DNA of 64,000 nucleotides from a virus, in the IMG/VR virus record IMGVR_UViG_3300031344_000005, positions 1 to 64,000 of that record; one strand, written 5' to 3'. Positions 37,312-49,091 of the stretch are shown piece after piece. Numbering within the stretch: position 1 is the first letter of the stretch; each line of letters starts with the position of its first letter. The notes under the pieces were generated by a model. It worked only from the letters and a program-made list of their open reading frames with translations. It was not told the origin of the DNA and ran no database searches. Made by a program: the position numbers and the translations under genes.

Positions 37312-38087
37312 TGGGCCACGCATTCGGCACCGAGATCCGGCGCAACATCGACGCCAAGGCGCTCGGCAAGGCCATCTCGGCGCCGGGCCTCGACCTGCGG
37401 TACTGGTGCAGTCTTGCCGTGGTCTGCACCCACGATCCCGAGACGGGCGAAAAGGACCTGACCGACAAGCTCGCCATCTACAACGACAGCGCAGGCGTGG
37501 ACGTCGACGTGGAGTTGCAGCCGCTTGGCCAGCCCTGTACGTGCAAGTACGCCGGCATCCAGGCCGGCGACGTGACGATTTGCGCGCCCATTCGGCCCGG
37601 TGACATCGTATTGGTGGAGTGCCCGGACGGCGACCTGTACACGCCCGTCATCACGCACATCGTGCACAGCCGAGCGAAGCGCCAGCCGACAGAGGACGGG
37701 AAACCCATCTTCGACAACAACCGCCTGCTCATCTATGCCAAGAACGTTCCGATTGACATTCGCACGGCCGGCGGTGTGCGGATGCTGCTTGATCAAGATG
37801 GCAATGTGAACGTCACGGCATCCACCGTCACCACCACCGCCACGACGTTCACCACCAAGGCCGAGACCAAGCTGGGCGATGAGAATGCTTCACAGCACGT
37901 GATGCACGGCGAATTGTTCACGACCGACTTGTCTGCCGCTCTCACCGCGATTCTGGCGGACCTAGTTCTGGCGTTTACGATGCTGGGGCTAACTCCGCCG
38001 GGGCCAACGTCCACGGATCCCGTCACACAGGTGCTCACCGGTATCGCGTCCGGCACCTATCTCGCGACGAAAGTGACCGCCACATGA
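37311..38087 (+). CDS. Baseplate spike (gpV/gp5-like)
   Basis: OB-fold-like [14 protein letters not shown], beta-repeat, C-terminal YLATKV. Confidence 0.72.
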   Translation: MGHAFGTEIRRNIDAKALGKAISAPGLDLRYWCSLAVVCTHDPETGEKDLTDKLAIYNDSAGVDVDVELQPLGQPCTCKYAGIQAGDVTICAPIRPGDIVLVECPDGDLYTPVITHIVHSRAKRQPTEDGKPIFDNNRLLIYAKNVPIDIRTAGGVRMLLDQDGNVNVTASTVTTTATTFTTKAETKLGDENASQHVMHGELFTTDLSAALTAILADLVLAFTMLGLTPPGPTSTDPVTQVLTGIASGTYLATKVTAT

Positions 38088-38349
38088 GCGCCGCGGGGAA
38101 TGCCATCGGGACGGCCATCGTAGCCTACGAGAAAACGGCGTTAGCTGCGTTCGTGGCTGCGCGCAAGCCAGGGCCCTATTCGGCGGCCGAGTTGGTTCAA
38201 CTGCAATTGATCCGGAATCAAGCCGACGGCAACGCCATTGTGGACAATCTGCCGTCTTCGCAGGGCGGCAGCGGGGCGTCCAACTGGGACGGTGGGCAGG
38301 CAAACACCAATTACGGCGGCATGCCTTCGATCAATGGGGGCAACGTCTA

Positions 38350-38350
<1 letters not shown>
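38084..38350 (+). CDS. Small baseplate-associated protein
   Basis: ATGA coupling; ends in WDGG...INGG. Confidence 0.5.
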
Positions 38351-39845
<1,495 letters not shown>

Positions 39846-39849
<4 letters not shown>

Positions 39850-40820
39850 CCGAAAAGATCAGTGCAGTCATCTGCACCTACAACGAAGAGGACAACATCG
39901 CGGCCTGCATCGAGTCGGTTGCAGGCGTCGACGAGGTCGTGGTGAGTGACGACTATTCGGAGGACTCGACAAGGGAGATTGCCGAACGCCTCGGCGCCAA
40001 GGTATTGTTGCGCAGCAAGGAAGGCGGTGGTTCACGGCTCGGCGGTGACATCATCACGGAGACGCATGTCAACGACTTCCACGAGCGCTTCGGCTGGGCG
40101 CCATCATTCCACGCTGGCGACCGCATTTGCAACGGCGCCGACAAGGCCCGTGAGGCCGTGGGGTTCGCCCAGGGGGACTGGATCATTAGTCCAGATGCGG
40201 ACGAGCGTGTCACCTGGAACTTACCAGCGTTGCGGGAATTGCTTCCGGTCTGTGATCAGATCGTGCACGAGTTCGTCCACTCACACGACGCTGAAGGGAA
40301 GCCTCACCGAGTAAGCACTATCTCAAAACTATTTCGCAAATCCATGACCGGGTTTGGAGGGCGCACGCACACTTGCATGCTGCCGGCGGGGAGGATCCTC
40401 CAGACGAACCTGCTTCGCATTGACCACTACCAAAAACCCCACGACCAGCCGCACGTGCTGCCAACGATGGAGTACAGCGTGCTGACGGACGACGATCAAC
40501 GAAGTCGGTTTTATCTCGGGCGCGAATATTACTTCTATCGTCACTACGACAGGGCGCTCGTTCTCTTGGATCTGTACCTCAAGAACGCCACCGGACACAT
40601 CCCAGAGATTGCACAGGCACGGTTGTACGCGGCTCATTGCTACTGGGAGGATGGCTCGGGACGTGGCGATGAAGCGCGGCGGAGCTGCATGGAAGCGTTG
40701 ATCCTCAACCCCGAGCACCGGGACGCACTGGCATTCATGGCCGAGCTGTATCACGAGCCGTGGAAACACAAATGGCTGCACCTCGCTAGCGTGGCCACAG
40801 ACGAGGATATTCTATTTTGA
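39846..40820 (+). CDS. GT2 glycosyltransferase with TPR-like C-terminus
   Basis: [28 protein letters not shown]; [13 protein letters not shown]-like helices. Confidence 0.88.
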
Positions 40821-41653
40821 ACCCATTCGCCCGCGCAGGATTTGAACAAGCCGGACAGATGCTCGGCGAGGGCAGCTCGTTCTACGTCGCGCGGGCCATC
40901 AGCGTGGGCGGACAGATCGTCCGAATAGTGTTCAGCGGCGAGCCCAAGCACAAAAGTTCGGGTGCGCCAGATGATGCCCTGAACGCGGCGAACTACCAGG
41001 TTTCAGTCACGACCGGGACCGGCAATGATCCGGAGTCCATCGCGACCCTGCTAACCGTTGGGTTCTGGCCAGCCTTCGGGCTGCACGCTGACGGCGAGGC
41101 GTACGTCGATTTGCAAGTGGACCGCCCCCTCATCGTCGGCATGAGCTACACGGTCGCGGTGTCGCATGCACTGGTGGCGGCTGACGGCACTCCGATCGGC
41201 TCCCCCTACTCGTGGACCTTCAACGGCTCGGCGCGGCCGATTCGTCGACGCCAGCAACGCCGGCAAATCGGGCTAGTAGACTTCGCGAGCGATCCCTTCA
41301 CGGGCGGCATTAAAGTCGACCAATCGGGCGACTGGGCGAGCGAGGAAGGTTTGTCCGGCACTCGCAAGCGCGTTTGGCGGACTGCCCTCACGCCATTCGG
41401 CGCATTTTCGTTTCTGCAGAATTTCGGTCTGAAGTACGACATCAAGAAGCCCGGCACGCTCAGCATCCTGGGCAACTTGCGCACCGAACTGAAACAGCAG
41501 CTTCTGCAGCAGCCCGACATCAAGAACGCCAGCTCGTCGGTGGCGATGGACTCGCGTGGCTTTTTGGCTATCACGATCAACACCCAGACCAGCACGGGTG
41601 AGAATCTTTCCGATACCATGCAGGCAACCCCCAGCGGAATGGTGACAACGTAA
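40817..41653 (+). CDS. Baseplate wedge/sheath-initiator protein (gp25-like C-terminus)
   Basis: GDW....G....R...T..G....NFG pattern; precedes baseplate J. Confidence 0.6.
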   Translation: MNPFARAGFEQAGQMLGEGSSFYVARAISVGGQIVRIVFSGEPKHKSSGAPDDALNAANYQVSVTTGTGNDPESIATLLTVGFWPAFGLHADGEAYVDLQVDRPLIVGMSYTVAVSHALVAADGTPIGSPYSWTFNGSARPIRRRQQRRQIGLVDFASDPFTGGIKVDQSGDWASEEGLSGTRKRVWRTALTPFGAFSFLQNFGLKYDIKKPGTLSILGNLRTELKQQLLQQPDIKNASSSVAMDSRGFLAITINTQTSTGENLSDTMQATPSGMVTT

Positions 41654-42762
41654 TGCCCTCTTCCTTCGTTTCGCGCCAAGACCTCTTCGCGGTTGGCCGC
41701 GCCGCCATTGTCGCCACGCCTGGAATCCGCATCAACCCAACGATGATCGATGTTCCGGGCAGCGATCTAAACCTCACGGTCGGGGTAGACGCCGTGTTGG
41801 GCGAAGAAATATCGATGCGTTCTGCCTATGCGATGCGGGGGGCGTTCGCGGAGTTAGCGCGCGGCTCGCAGCTCGACCGAGTGATCTATGACCGATCGGG
41901 CCTCCTGCGGTTCGGCGCCACGCCGGCCAGCGTAGATCTCGTGCTGAGCAGGCCAACCGCAACCGGGGGCGCCGGGACCCTTGACGCTGGCTCAGTGGTC
42001 CAAACGGCCGCTGGCACGCAGTTCGGGCTGGATTACGCGGTGGTTTTTGGCGATGCGCTTCTCACGACCACGGCGTCCGCGACATCTACAACGTCGGGCG
42101 CCGATACCAACGTGGCAGCCGGGACCGTGACAGGGTTCTCAACTCAGCCGTTCGACACGACTTTGACGGTGACCAACCCCACGAGCGCGGCCGGCGGAAC
42201 CGATGCCGAGGATGCCATTGCGTTCCTGGGGCGCTATCGCGGCTACTTCCCGACGCTCAGCAGGGGCACGCTGGGGGCCATCGAATATGGGGCCACGCAG
42301 GTGCCTGGCGTTGCCGTCGCGACCGCCACCGAGGTGGTGAACCCAGGGACGGGCTACCCTGCGGCTATCGTCCAGTTGGTGATCGGTGATGTCTCGGGAA
42401 ACGCGACCTTCGACATGGTGAAGGCCGTGGCCAATATGATGCTGACCTACCGGGCACTCGGTATCTACGTGCAGGTACTGAGCGGCGTCGTATTCCAGCA
42501 GGCCGTCGCGTGGTCGCTCGCGTTCCAAACCGGAGTCAACGAAGCGCTGGCGGTGTCGCGCGTGCGGGCCGTTACGGTGGCGTGCGCGCAATTCCTGGCG
42601 CCGGGCGCCACGCTCTACAGGTCGACTCTTATCAGCGCGGCCCGAAAAGTGCCTGGCGTCATTATCTCGGATTCGTCACTCGTCTACCCGCTCGGAGACG
42701 TCGAGCCTACGTCGGTTCAGCAAATGATCCGTGTCGCAAGCCAGGCGGTCACCTTCCAATGA
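41653..42762 (+). CDS. Baseplate J-like protein
   Basis: ARGSQLD, GGTDAE....R, RGTLGAIE...VPGV motifs. Confidence 0.88.
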   Translation: MPSSFVSRQDLFAVGRAAIVATPGIRINPTMIDVPGSDLNLTVGVDAVLGEEISMRSAYAMRGAFAELARGSQLDRVIYDRSGLLRFGATPASVDLVLSRPTATGGAGTLDAGSVVQTAAGTQFGLDYAVVFGDALLTTTASATSTTSGADTNVAAGTVTGFSTQPFDTTLTVTNPTSAAGGTDAEDAIAFLGRYRGYFPTLSRGTLGAIEYGATQVPGVAVATATEVVNPGTGYPAAIVQLVIGDVSGNATFDMVKAVANMMLTYRALGIYVQVLSGVVFQQAVAWSLAFQTGVNEALAVSRVRAVTVACAQFLAPGATLYRSTLISAARKVPGVIISDSSLVYPLGDVEPTSVQQMIRVASQAVTFQ

Positions 42763-44252
42763 GTCAGGGCGGTCCTCTCTCGCAGGCTGACCTACTGGCG
42801 TTTCTGCGCCGGACGACGGATAGCGCTTGGCTGCAGGCCATGCTCGACCAGCCCGATGGCGCTGCCATCATCGCCAGCAAGCTCGCGGTTTTCGAGGCGA
42901 CCAGCGAAGCCGTCATGGCCCAAGCCGATGCCACCATGATTTCAACAGCGCCGACTGGGCGCTCGGGAGTGTGCACGCTGACGCTCAGCCGTAGCAATAC
43001 CAGCGTGGCCGACACAATCCCGAAGGGGTACTCGTTCGTGACCAACCTTGGCGTCGCCCTAACGGTCGCGACCGACACCATCGTGGCGACGTCGCAGAGC
43101 ACCGTGGCGGTCCCGCTTGAAACCGTCAGGATGATCGATTTGGTCAACACTCCTGGGCCCGCATTCGACGACCTTCTCACGCCCGGCGGATACGTCGACG
43201 CCGCCCTGGGCACCAACGGGGCATGTGTGTTCTTCGATGCCCCACACACGTCCGGGACGCTCACCTATGTTTCGTCGACTGCTATCACCGGCGCCGCCGA
43301 AGACTGGCTGAGTGCTCTTGGCGCCGAGCGCGGCTGCTACCGTCAGGACGGCGAGGACGGCGAAGCCTACAGGGCACGAGTCCGCATGATTCCCGATGCC
43401 GTGAGCCCCAGAGCTATTGCGGCCGCCGTCGATGCCCCGTCGACGGCCTTGCCGCCGCGCTGGCTCGCCGAACCGTTCAACGACGGCGCCGATGTAGACG
43501 TCCGGCTGGCCATGAGCCTGGGATTCTTCGACGCTCCGTTCTGCGACATTGGGACTAACGGCTGGCCGCTCAGCTACTGCGACGATTGGCTTGGCGCGAC
43601 ACTTGCGGCAAAAAACCCCGTCGCGACTGTCGAAACCCCCGGCATGCGGGAGAGCCGCGCCTATTTCCGCATCGACCTGGTCGGCCCGTTGTGCGACCCC
43701 GATGGCCTGCTCCTCTATGCGGACGTCGGATATACCGACGACACCGAATGGGGGTTCCCCGACATCGGCTGCCTGCCGGGCTCTTCGATTGGAGTGCATC
43801 CCGTCATAGGCGCCGCCAGCCAGGCCCTTCTGCATGAGGCGCAGACCAAGAAGGCCGGGGGAGTGCAGTTTGACATCTACCTCGAAGACGCAACAATTCT
43901 GCAGGCGCAGAACTACCACAACGGCACCACCGACCCGACCGGGGCCGTCGTCTGGACGCTCACGCCGGAGTCTGACACCGCATGGTATCTACGCGAAGGG
44001 CTCGCGACCGGAGACGCTGGCGAAATGATGAATCCCGCAACACAAGGGATCAAGGTGCGGCTCACCCTGGCGGACAGCACCGTCATCGATACCGGGTGGC
44101 GCGTCGGCTGCCTCCCGTTGCGGATGTTCGAGCTGAAAGCCCTTGGGTATCACAGCCAGCGCGTCGCTAAAATCGAGGGCCTGGTGAGGGCCGATGTGCC
44201 CGCGTTCTTGAACCTAGTTGGAAATTTTCTAGTGAGTACGTGCACAATCTGA
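42759..44252 (+). CDS. Baseplate wedge/tail protein
   Basis: WLSALGAERG..R..GE..EAYRAR, KKAGGVQF motifs; after J. Confidence 0.65.
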   Translation: MSQGGPLSQADLLAFLRRTTDSAWLQAMLDQPDGAAIIASKLAVFEATSEAVMAQADATMISTAPTGRSGVCTLTLSRSNTSVADTIPKGYSFVTNLGVALTVATDTIVATSQSTVAVPLETVRMIDLVNTPGPAFDDLLTPGGYVDAALGTNGACVFFDAPHTSGTLTYVSSTAITGAAEDWLSALGAERGCYRQDGEDGEAYRARVRMIPDAVSPRAIAAAVDAPSTALPPRWLAEPFNDGADVDVRLAMSLGFFDAPFCDIGTNGWPLSYCDDWLGATLAAKNPVATVETPGMRESRAYFRIDLVGPLCDPDGLLLYADVGYTDDTEWGFPDIGCLPGSSIGVHPVIGAASQALLHEAQTKKAGGVQFDIYLEDATILQAQNYHNGTTDPTGAVVWTLTPESDTAWYLREGLATGDAGEMMNPATQGIKVRLTLADSTVIDTGWRVGCLPLRMFELKALGYHSQRVAKIEGLVRADVPAFLNLVGNFLVSTCTI

Positions 44253-44269
44253 CGACATAGGAGATCCCC

Positions 44270-45841
44270 ATGGCAGCCGGTTCTAAGTCACATTTCATTC
44301 AGAATCCCCGCGAGATGATCGTGTCGACCGACCTCACTCGCATTGGCAAACTGGCAGTCCGCGAACAGCAGGACGCCGACCAGGCCAAGAGCGTTCGCGC
44401 GGACTTTTACACGTCTGCATCGGGCACCATTGACGACTTTGGCCCCGCCAATCGGGCCACTGCGGCGACGCCGATCTCTGGCGCGCTGGTGGCGCCGTCG
44501 CTCACCGGGAGCCCGGGCACGCTCAACATGCTCATAGGAGCAGGCGAAGTCGAGTTCGCGTCGAGCGATACATCTGTACCCGACGTGTCGGCATACCAGA
44601 CGACGCGGTGGACGGGTCAAATCGTCACGTGGCCGACGGCCGCCAACCCCGACGCGAACTATCCCAAGATCGCAACTATCTGCGTGACCCCGGGTGATGA
44701 CGGCTTCGACGTCGCCAGTCGAAACATTCTACTCAATCCCACGACGCGCCAGTTCGAGCCGCAGAACGTGCCGAAAACCAGCGATCCAACGGGCACCATC
44801 TCGGTCGTCGCCGGCACCGCCGCCACTACGCCGTTCCCGCCTGCGGTGCCATCTGGCGCCGTCGCGCTGTTCGATGTGCTGATGCATGCCGGTGACACGC
44901 AATCATTGTCATTTTGCATTACTCGCCGCTGCTGGCGGCGCATTGAATTTCCGGGCAGTTCGCAGCATGGAATCCTGAAGGACTGCGTGCCCACGTGGGC
45001 CTACGGAGCGGAGTCCGCAGGGTCAACCACCAAGCTCGTTACCGCCAGTCGGGTACACCGGGCCATCATCGACGGCGAGCTGCTGACGTTCTCGGGAACC
45101 GGCTACATCACGCCCGTCACCGATACGGTCAACGGTCCCACGAGCGCGCCGGCGGGGAACGACATGGCGACGTACCTCTACCTGTGTGGAGGCCGGAATT
45201 GGCCGTATGCCCTACTGACCAACGGCGGCCTGTCGGCCGTCCCGGTCGTGCTGGTTGAAAGCCTCACGGCACCGGACGCCATGGGTCACCCCAGCGCGGC
45301 TCTGGCTTGGGCCGGATCCGCAATCCCGCGAGCGGCGGCGCTGTTCATCGGCTGCGCGTTCAGAATTGCCAACACCAGTTTGACGAAGTCCGTGTTCTAC
45401 GACGGCGACTGGGTGCGACCGCAGGACAGCACAAGTGGCCCCGCTTTTTTGGGGTTCTATCTGGCTACCATCACGACGATCGCTGATGGATACCCTGTGA
45501 CAACCCTGGATCTGAGCGGTGGAGGCGGAGGCATTCCGGCCGTATCGACAGCCCTGGAGTTACAGGCCGACTACAATCCCGGCGCAGCCGGCGCCTACCA
45601 GGTAGGCGTTCGCATCACCTACCCGTCATCGGGCCCGGTAATACTCCGCCCGACCATGCAGGGACTCAACGGCGGGATCGATAGTATAGGTGAGGTCGTC
45701 AGTCCCCCGGCGCGCATCCCCTGTTCCGCCGGTGCGGCAACGGTCGGCTATCAAGGGTTTGGAAACAGCCCGACGACGGGTATCGCACTACACATCCGTC
45801 CCACCGCCTACAACATGAACATCCCGCGCGTCGGCAAGTAG
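44270..45841 (+). CDS. Tail fibre-associated protein
   Basis: AGGAG RBS; VVAGTAA..P.PPAVPSG motif; synteny. Confidence 0.65.
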   Translation: MAAGSKSHFIQNPREMIVSTDLTRIGKLAVREQQDADQAKSVRADFYTSASGTIDDFGPANRATAATPISGALVAPSLTGSPGTLNMLIGAGEVEFASSDTSVPDVSAYQTTRWTGQIVTWPTAANPDANYPKIATICVTPGDDGFDVASRNILLNPTTRQFEPQNVPKTSDPTGTISVVAGTAATTPFPPAVPSGAVALFDVLMHAGDTQSLSFCITRRCWRRIEFPGSSQHGILKDCVPTWAYGAESAGSTTKLVTASRVHRAIIDGELLTFSGTGYITPVTDTVNGPTSAPAGNDMATYLYLCGGRNWPYALLTNGGLSAVPVVLVESLTAPDAMGHPSAALAWAGSAIPRAAALFIGCAFRIANTSLTKSVFYDGDWVRPQDSTSGPAFLGFYLATITTIADGYPVTTLDLSGGGGGIPAVSTALELQADYNPGAAGAYQVGVRITYPSSGPVILRPTMQGLNGGIDSIGEVVSPPARIPCSAGAATVGYQGFGNSPTTGIALHIRPTAYNMNIPRVGK

Positions 45842-45845
45842 TTCG

Positions 45846-48800
45846 ATGGGGTTCGCCTCCGCCAGCATTCTGATTTCCGTCAATGGCGACACCCCCGTCG
45901 CCCAGTGGCGGCAGGACTGCGTGGCGGGTTCGGTCGTCACGGTCGCGCTGTCCGACAACATCGGCGCCAACACGTACCGCTGGCGCCTCATCGGCAGACC
46001 CGAGGGCTCCACGACCGCCGGCACCGGGCCAGAGCCGTTGTCACTCGGGACCGCCGCCGTTGCGGCTTTCACGATCGATATTCAGGGCACCTACGTGGTC
46101 GAGTGTCTGGTGAACGGTGGGGCGCCAGACGCGATCATCATCGTCGGCGGCGTGGCGTATCTCGAAACATTCACCAACCCGCTTGGGCTGCTATTGCGCC
46201 TCCTGGGTCCAGGCGAAACCAGCGAGGACAATGCGGACCCGCAGATAGCTCAGGGCTGGATCAAGATGCTGAACCGCTGGCTGAAGGTTCTGCGAGCCTT
46301 CGTGAGCCAAGCAGCTTTGTTCCTGAGCGATCGCATTCCGCTGCCCAATGGAGTTGGCGCTTCCGGCACTGGCAACGAGGCGACGCGATGGGATCACGTC
46401 CACCCACTCAAGCCGGTGCCGGTCCTGACCACGCGGTACTATTTGACCGGCAACCCCTCCGATACTTCGGGCGACTATCTGTTTTCGACGATTCAGCCAG
46501 CGCCTGCAGATCTGCAGCCGCCTAGCGGGTCGACCTACCCGATCATTCAAGATTCCCCCGTCGGCGATCCGGGGATCGCGACGTGGCCAGCGGGCGTCGT
46601 GATGGCCCACATTGTGGCGCGGGTGCTAAATGCCCATGGCGGGGGAATGTCCTATCCCATGAGTTTCGGCACGTCAGGGGAAGGCGCCGCAATTCTGGGG
46701 CGCGTTTCAGGCGGCCGCGGCGGCTTGGCATACCAGACGGCGCCCTGGCCAGATCAGCCGCTGCTGACATCGGATTACCAGACGTTCGTGGTTCCGCTCT
46801 ACGTGCAAAGCTTGGATGGTAGCGCGGGCGACCGGCTAAGGGCTTGGTTCCGCTGCAACCCCACCGGCGGTACCATCACAGACGAGCAATTTGAGATCCA
46901 TCTCAGTGACAGCTACCTCGATACGCTTTTCCCTCCCTCAGATGGTGGCACCGGCGGCGACACCTACAAGGTCAAGCGCGACGTCGATGCCACGCCCGTA
47001 TATGGGGATCAGTTACTCGTCAGTCCGAATGGAAGCCTCTCGCTTGTCAACGATCCCGAGTCCGACTCAATTGACATTCAGGTGGTGTGCAGTTCCGACT
47101 TGCCGCTGCCAGACGACCCTGTGGCGTCGGCGGGCGACCCCAACGATCGACCCGCCAGCATAAAGCATGTCCACTCCCTCGTCCCCGCCTCCACCAACGG
47201 CAGCAAGCTCTGGACAGGCCTCATCCCAGCCCTCGGGGAGCTTGCAGCAGTTGACTGCGTGTTCTCGGGCGGCTTGGGCGGTAACAGCGGCTGGAGCCAG
47301 AGAGGGACGGGCGTCTGGCAGTCGAATGGTTACGGCGGGATACCCCCCATCGCGCTCGACTCGGCAATCCCCTTTGTCGGTATGCGGGTATTGGACGCCG
47401 TCGATGGTGTCGAAGCTGGTATCTACGTCCTGACCGATACTGGGCAAGATGTCGTCACGGCCAATACGCCATACTATATCCAGGCCGACGGCTCGCTCGC
47501 ACTCACACCGCCCACGACATCGGGAAATCTGACGGCCACTGTCTCGGGTCAAGCGGCGACCATCGAGATGCAGTCGTCTGCGATTGGTCTCACGACTTGG
47601 CCTGGCGGCACAGTTCCCGTAACCGTAACCGCATGGATAACCGGCGGTTCCGGCGACTACACGTTTGGTTTCATCGTAGGAGAATCCATTGCTTTAGATC
47701 GAGGCTACGCTGGCGGAGGAGGCAGCGCCTACTCCTACTCCGACCACGCGCACCTGCCCTCGACTCAGGCCATTACGAGCACACCCCAGCAATTCACGTT
47801 CAACGTGCCGGTCACCGGAACGTCGAGTGCTAACCTAACGGACTGGCTCATGTTGGCGCTTACCGCTCATGGCAATGATGGCGCCGTTCTGCACATCGGC
47901 TACGACCCTTCACAGTCCGGTGCTATCACCACGCTGTTCACGACGACGTTCTATCACTTTGCAGTCCTGCAACGCTCTTCCGATGCCAACGCTACCGCCG
48001 ACTTCAGCAATGGGATGTACGTGCTGGTCAACGGCGGCTCTACCCATGCGGGCCAGACGTGGGGAGCGACACTGCCTAGCCCCTTCGAGCTGGACGTCTC
48101 ATCCCAGTCCTGGACGCAGATCAGCCCGCCAACTTCCACGCCTCTCTACCAGCTTCTTACGGCTGCACAGCTTGGCTTCACCAGCCCCAACACCGGGCAA
48201 GCATCGGCGGCGGTTTCGTCGACCACGGGCGAGGTCGTGATTGGGTCGCTGACTTTCGATGAGCGCACCGCCGACCTGGCCGGTACTACGATCCCCGCGA
48301 CCGGAGTGTGGCGCTCCCACCTACCACTGAGTTTGGGTGGCGACCTCGCGGCCAACACGGTCGTGAAAGCCTACGCAAAGGGCGCACTCGATGGGACTTG
48401 GCACCTTGTCGGTACAACGTCGGCACTCCACAGCGCAGGCCCCGGAGTCTTCATCGCGGTAGGCGCCTTTGGCGGCGCCGGCTACTCAATGGGCGGCGCC
48501 GAGCCACTGCAGATGCAATTCACGGCGTCGACGGACTCGACGGACGGCGTGACTGTGGCGTGGACCTACAACGATCCGACGCATCAGTGCTACATCGAAG
48601 TCCCGATGGTGCTGGGGTTCTCGGGAACTGACAACCACCAAGACCTCATCAAGCGCGGCGTGTTCCTCGTCGCTGGCAATGAAACCAAGTATGGGCATCC
48701 CCAGAGCTACATCGAGCCGGGCCGTGTGCATTCGCCATACGGCGACCTGGTGACGACGGTGGGCGGGGTTTTCACGGCGCCCAGAAGCAATTCTGTTCAG

Positions 48801-49091
48801 ATTGATGGCAACGAGGATTTCATTGGCATTGACCTAGAAGCCACGGGAAGTGATCCATGGTTACCCGGCGACCGTCTCTGGGTTCACTACGCTAGTGCTC
48901 GCAACGTGGTGGCGATGCGAACTGTGCCGAGCGGTTGCGGAGCGCTCTGGTTCAATGTTCCCCCCGACCCCTCCGACCCATCAGGTAGCTCGCCTACTGT
49001 GAGAGTGGGGACTGGCTCCGTGATGTGCTTTGTCTGCAACGGCACCCTATGGGTAGCCGCCACACCACCTGCGTTTGGAAATATCGAATGA
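45846..49091 (+). CDS. Large tail fibre protein
   Basis: 1081 aa, beta-rich, RWDHVHP and HVHS motifs. Confidence 0.68.
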   Translation: MGFASASILISVNGDTPVAQWRQDCVAGSVVTVALSDNIGANTYRWRLIGRPEGSTTAGTGPEPLSLGTAAVAAFTIDIQGTYVVECLVNGGAPDAIIIVGGVAYLETFTNPLGLLLRLLGPGETSEDNADPQIAQGWIKMLNRWLKVLRAFVSQAALFLSDRIPLPNGVGASGTGNEATRWDHVHPLKPVPVLTTRYYLTGNPSDTSGDYLFSTIQPAPADLQPPSGSTYPIIQDSPVGDPGIATWPAGVVMAHIVARVLNAHGGGMSYPMSFGTSGEGAAILGRVSGGRGGLAYQTAPWPDQPLLTSDYQTFVVPLYVQSLDGSAGDRLRAWFRCNPTGGTITDEQFEIHLSDSYLDTLFPPSDGGTGGDTYKVKRDVDATPVYGDQLLVSPNGSLSLVNDPESDSIDIQVVCSSDLPLPDDPVASAGDPNDRPASIKHVHSLVPASTNGSKLWTGLIPALGELAAVDCVFSGGLGGNSGWSQRGTGVWQSNGYGGIPPIALDSAIPFVGMRVLDAVDGVEAGIYVLTDTGQDVVTANTPYYIQADGSLALTPPTTSGNLTATVSGQAATIEMQSSAIGLTTWPGGTVPVTVTAWITGGSGDYTFGFIVGESIALDRGYAGGGGSAYSYSDHAHLPSTQAITSTPQQFTFNVPVTGTSSANLTDWLMLALTAHGNDGAVLHIGYDPSQSGAITTLFTTTFYHFAVLQRSSDANATADFSNGMYVLVNGGSTHAGQTWGATLPSPFELDVSSQSWTQISPPTSTPLYQLLTAAQLGFTSPNTGQASAAVSSTTGEVVIGSLTFDERTADLAGTTIPATGVWRSHLPLSLGGDLAANTVVKAYAKGALDGTWHLVGTTSALHSAGPGVFIAVGAFGGAGYSMGGAEPLQMQFTASTDSTDGVTVAWTYNDPTHQCYIEVPMVLGFSGTDNHQDLIKRGVFLVAGNETKYGHPQSYIEPGRVHSPYGDLVTTVGGVFTAPRSNSVQIDGNEDFIGIDLEATGSDPWLPGDRLWVHYASARNVVAMRTVPSGCGALWFNVPPDPSDPSGSSPTVRVGTGSVMCFVCNGTLWVAATPPAFGNIE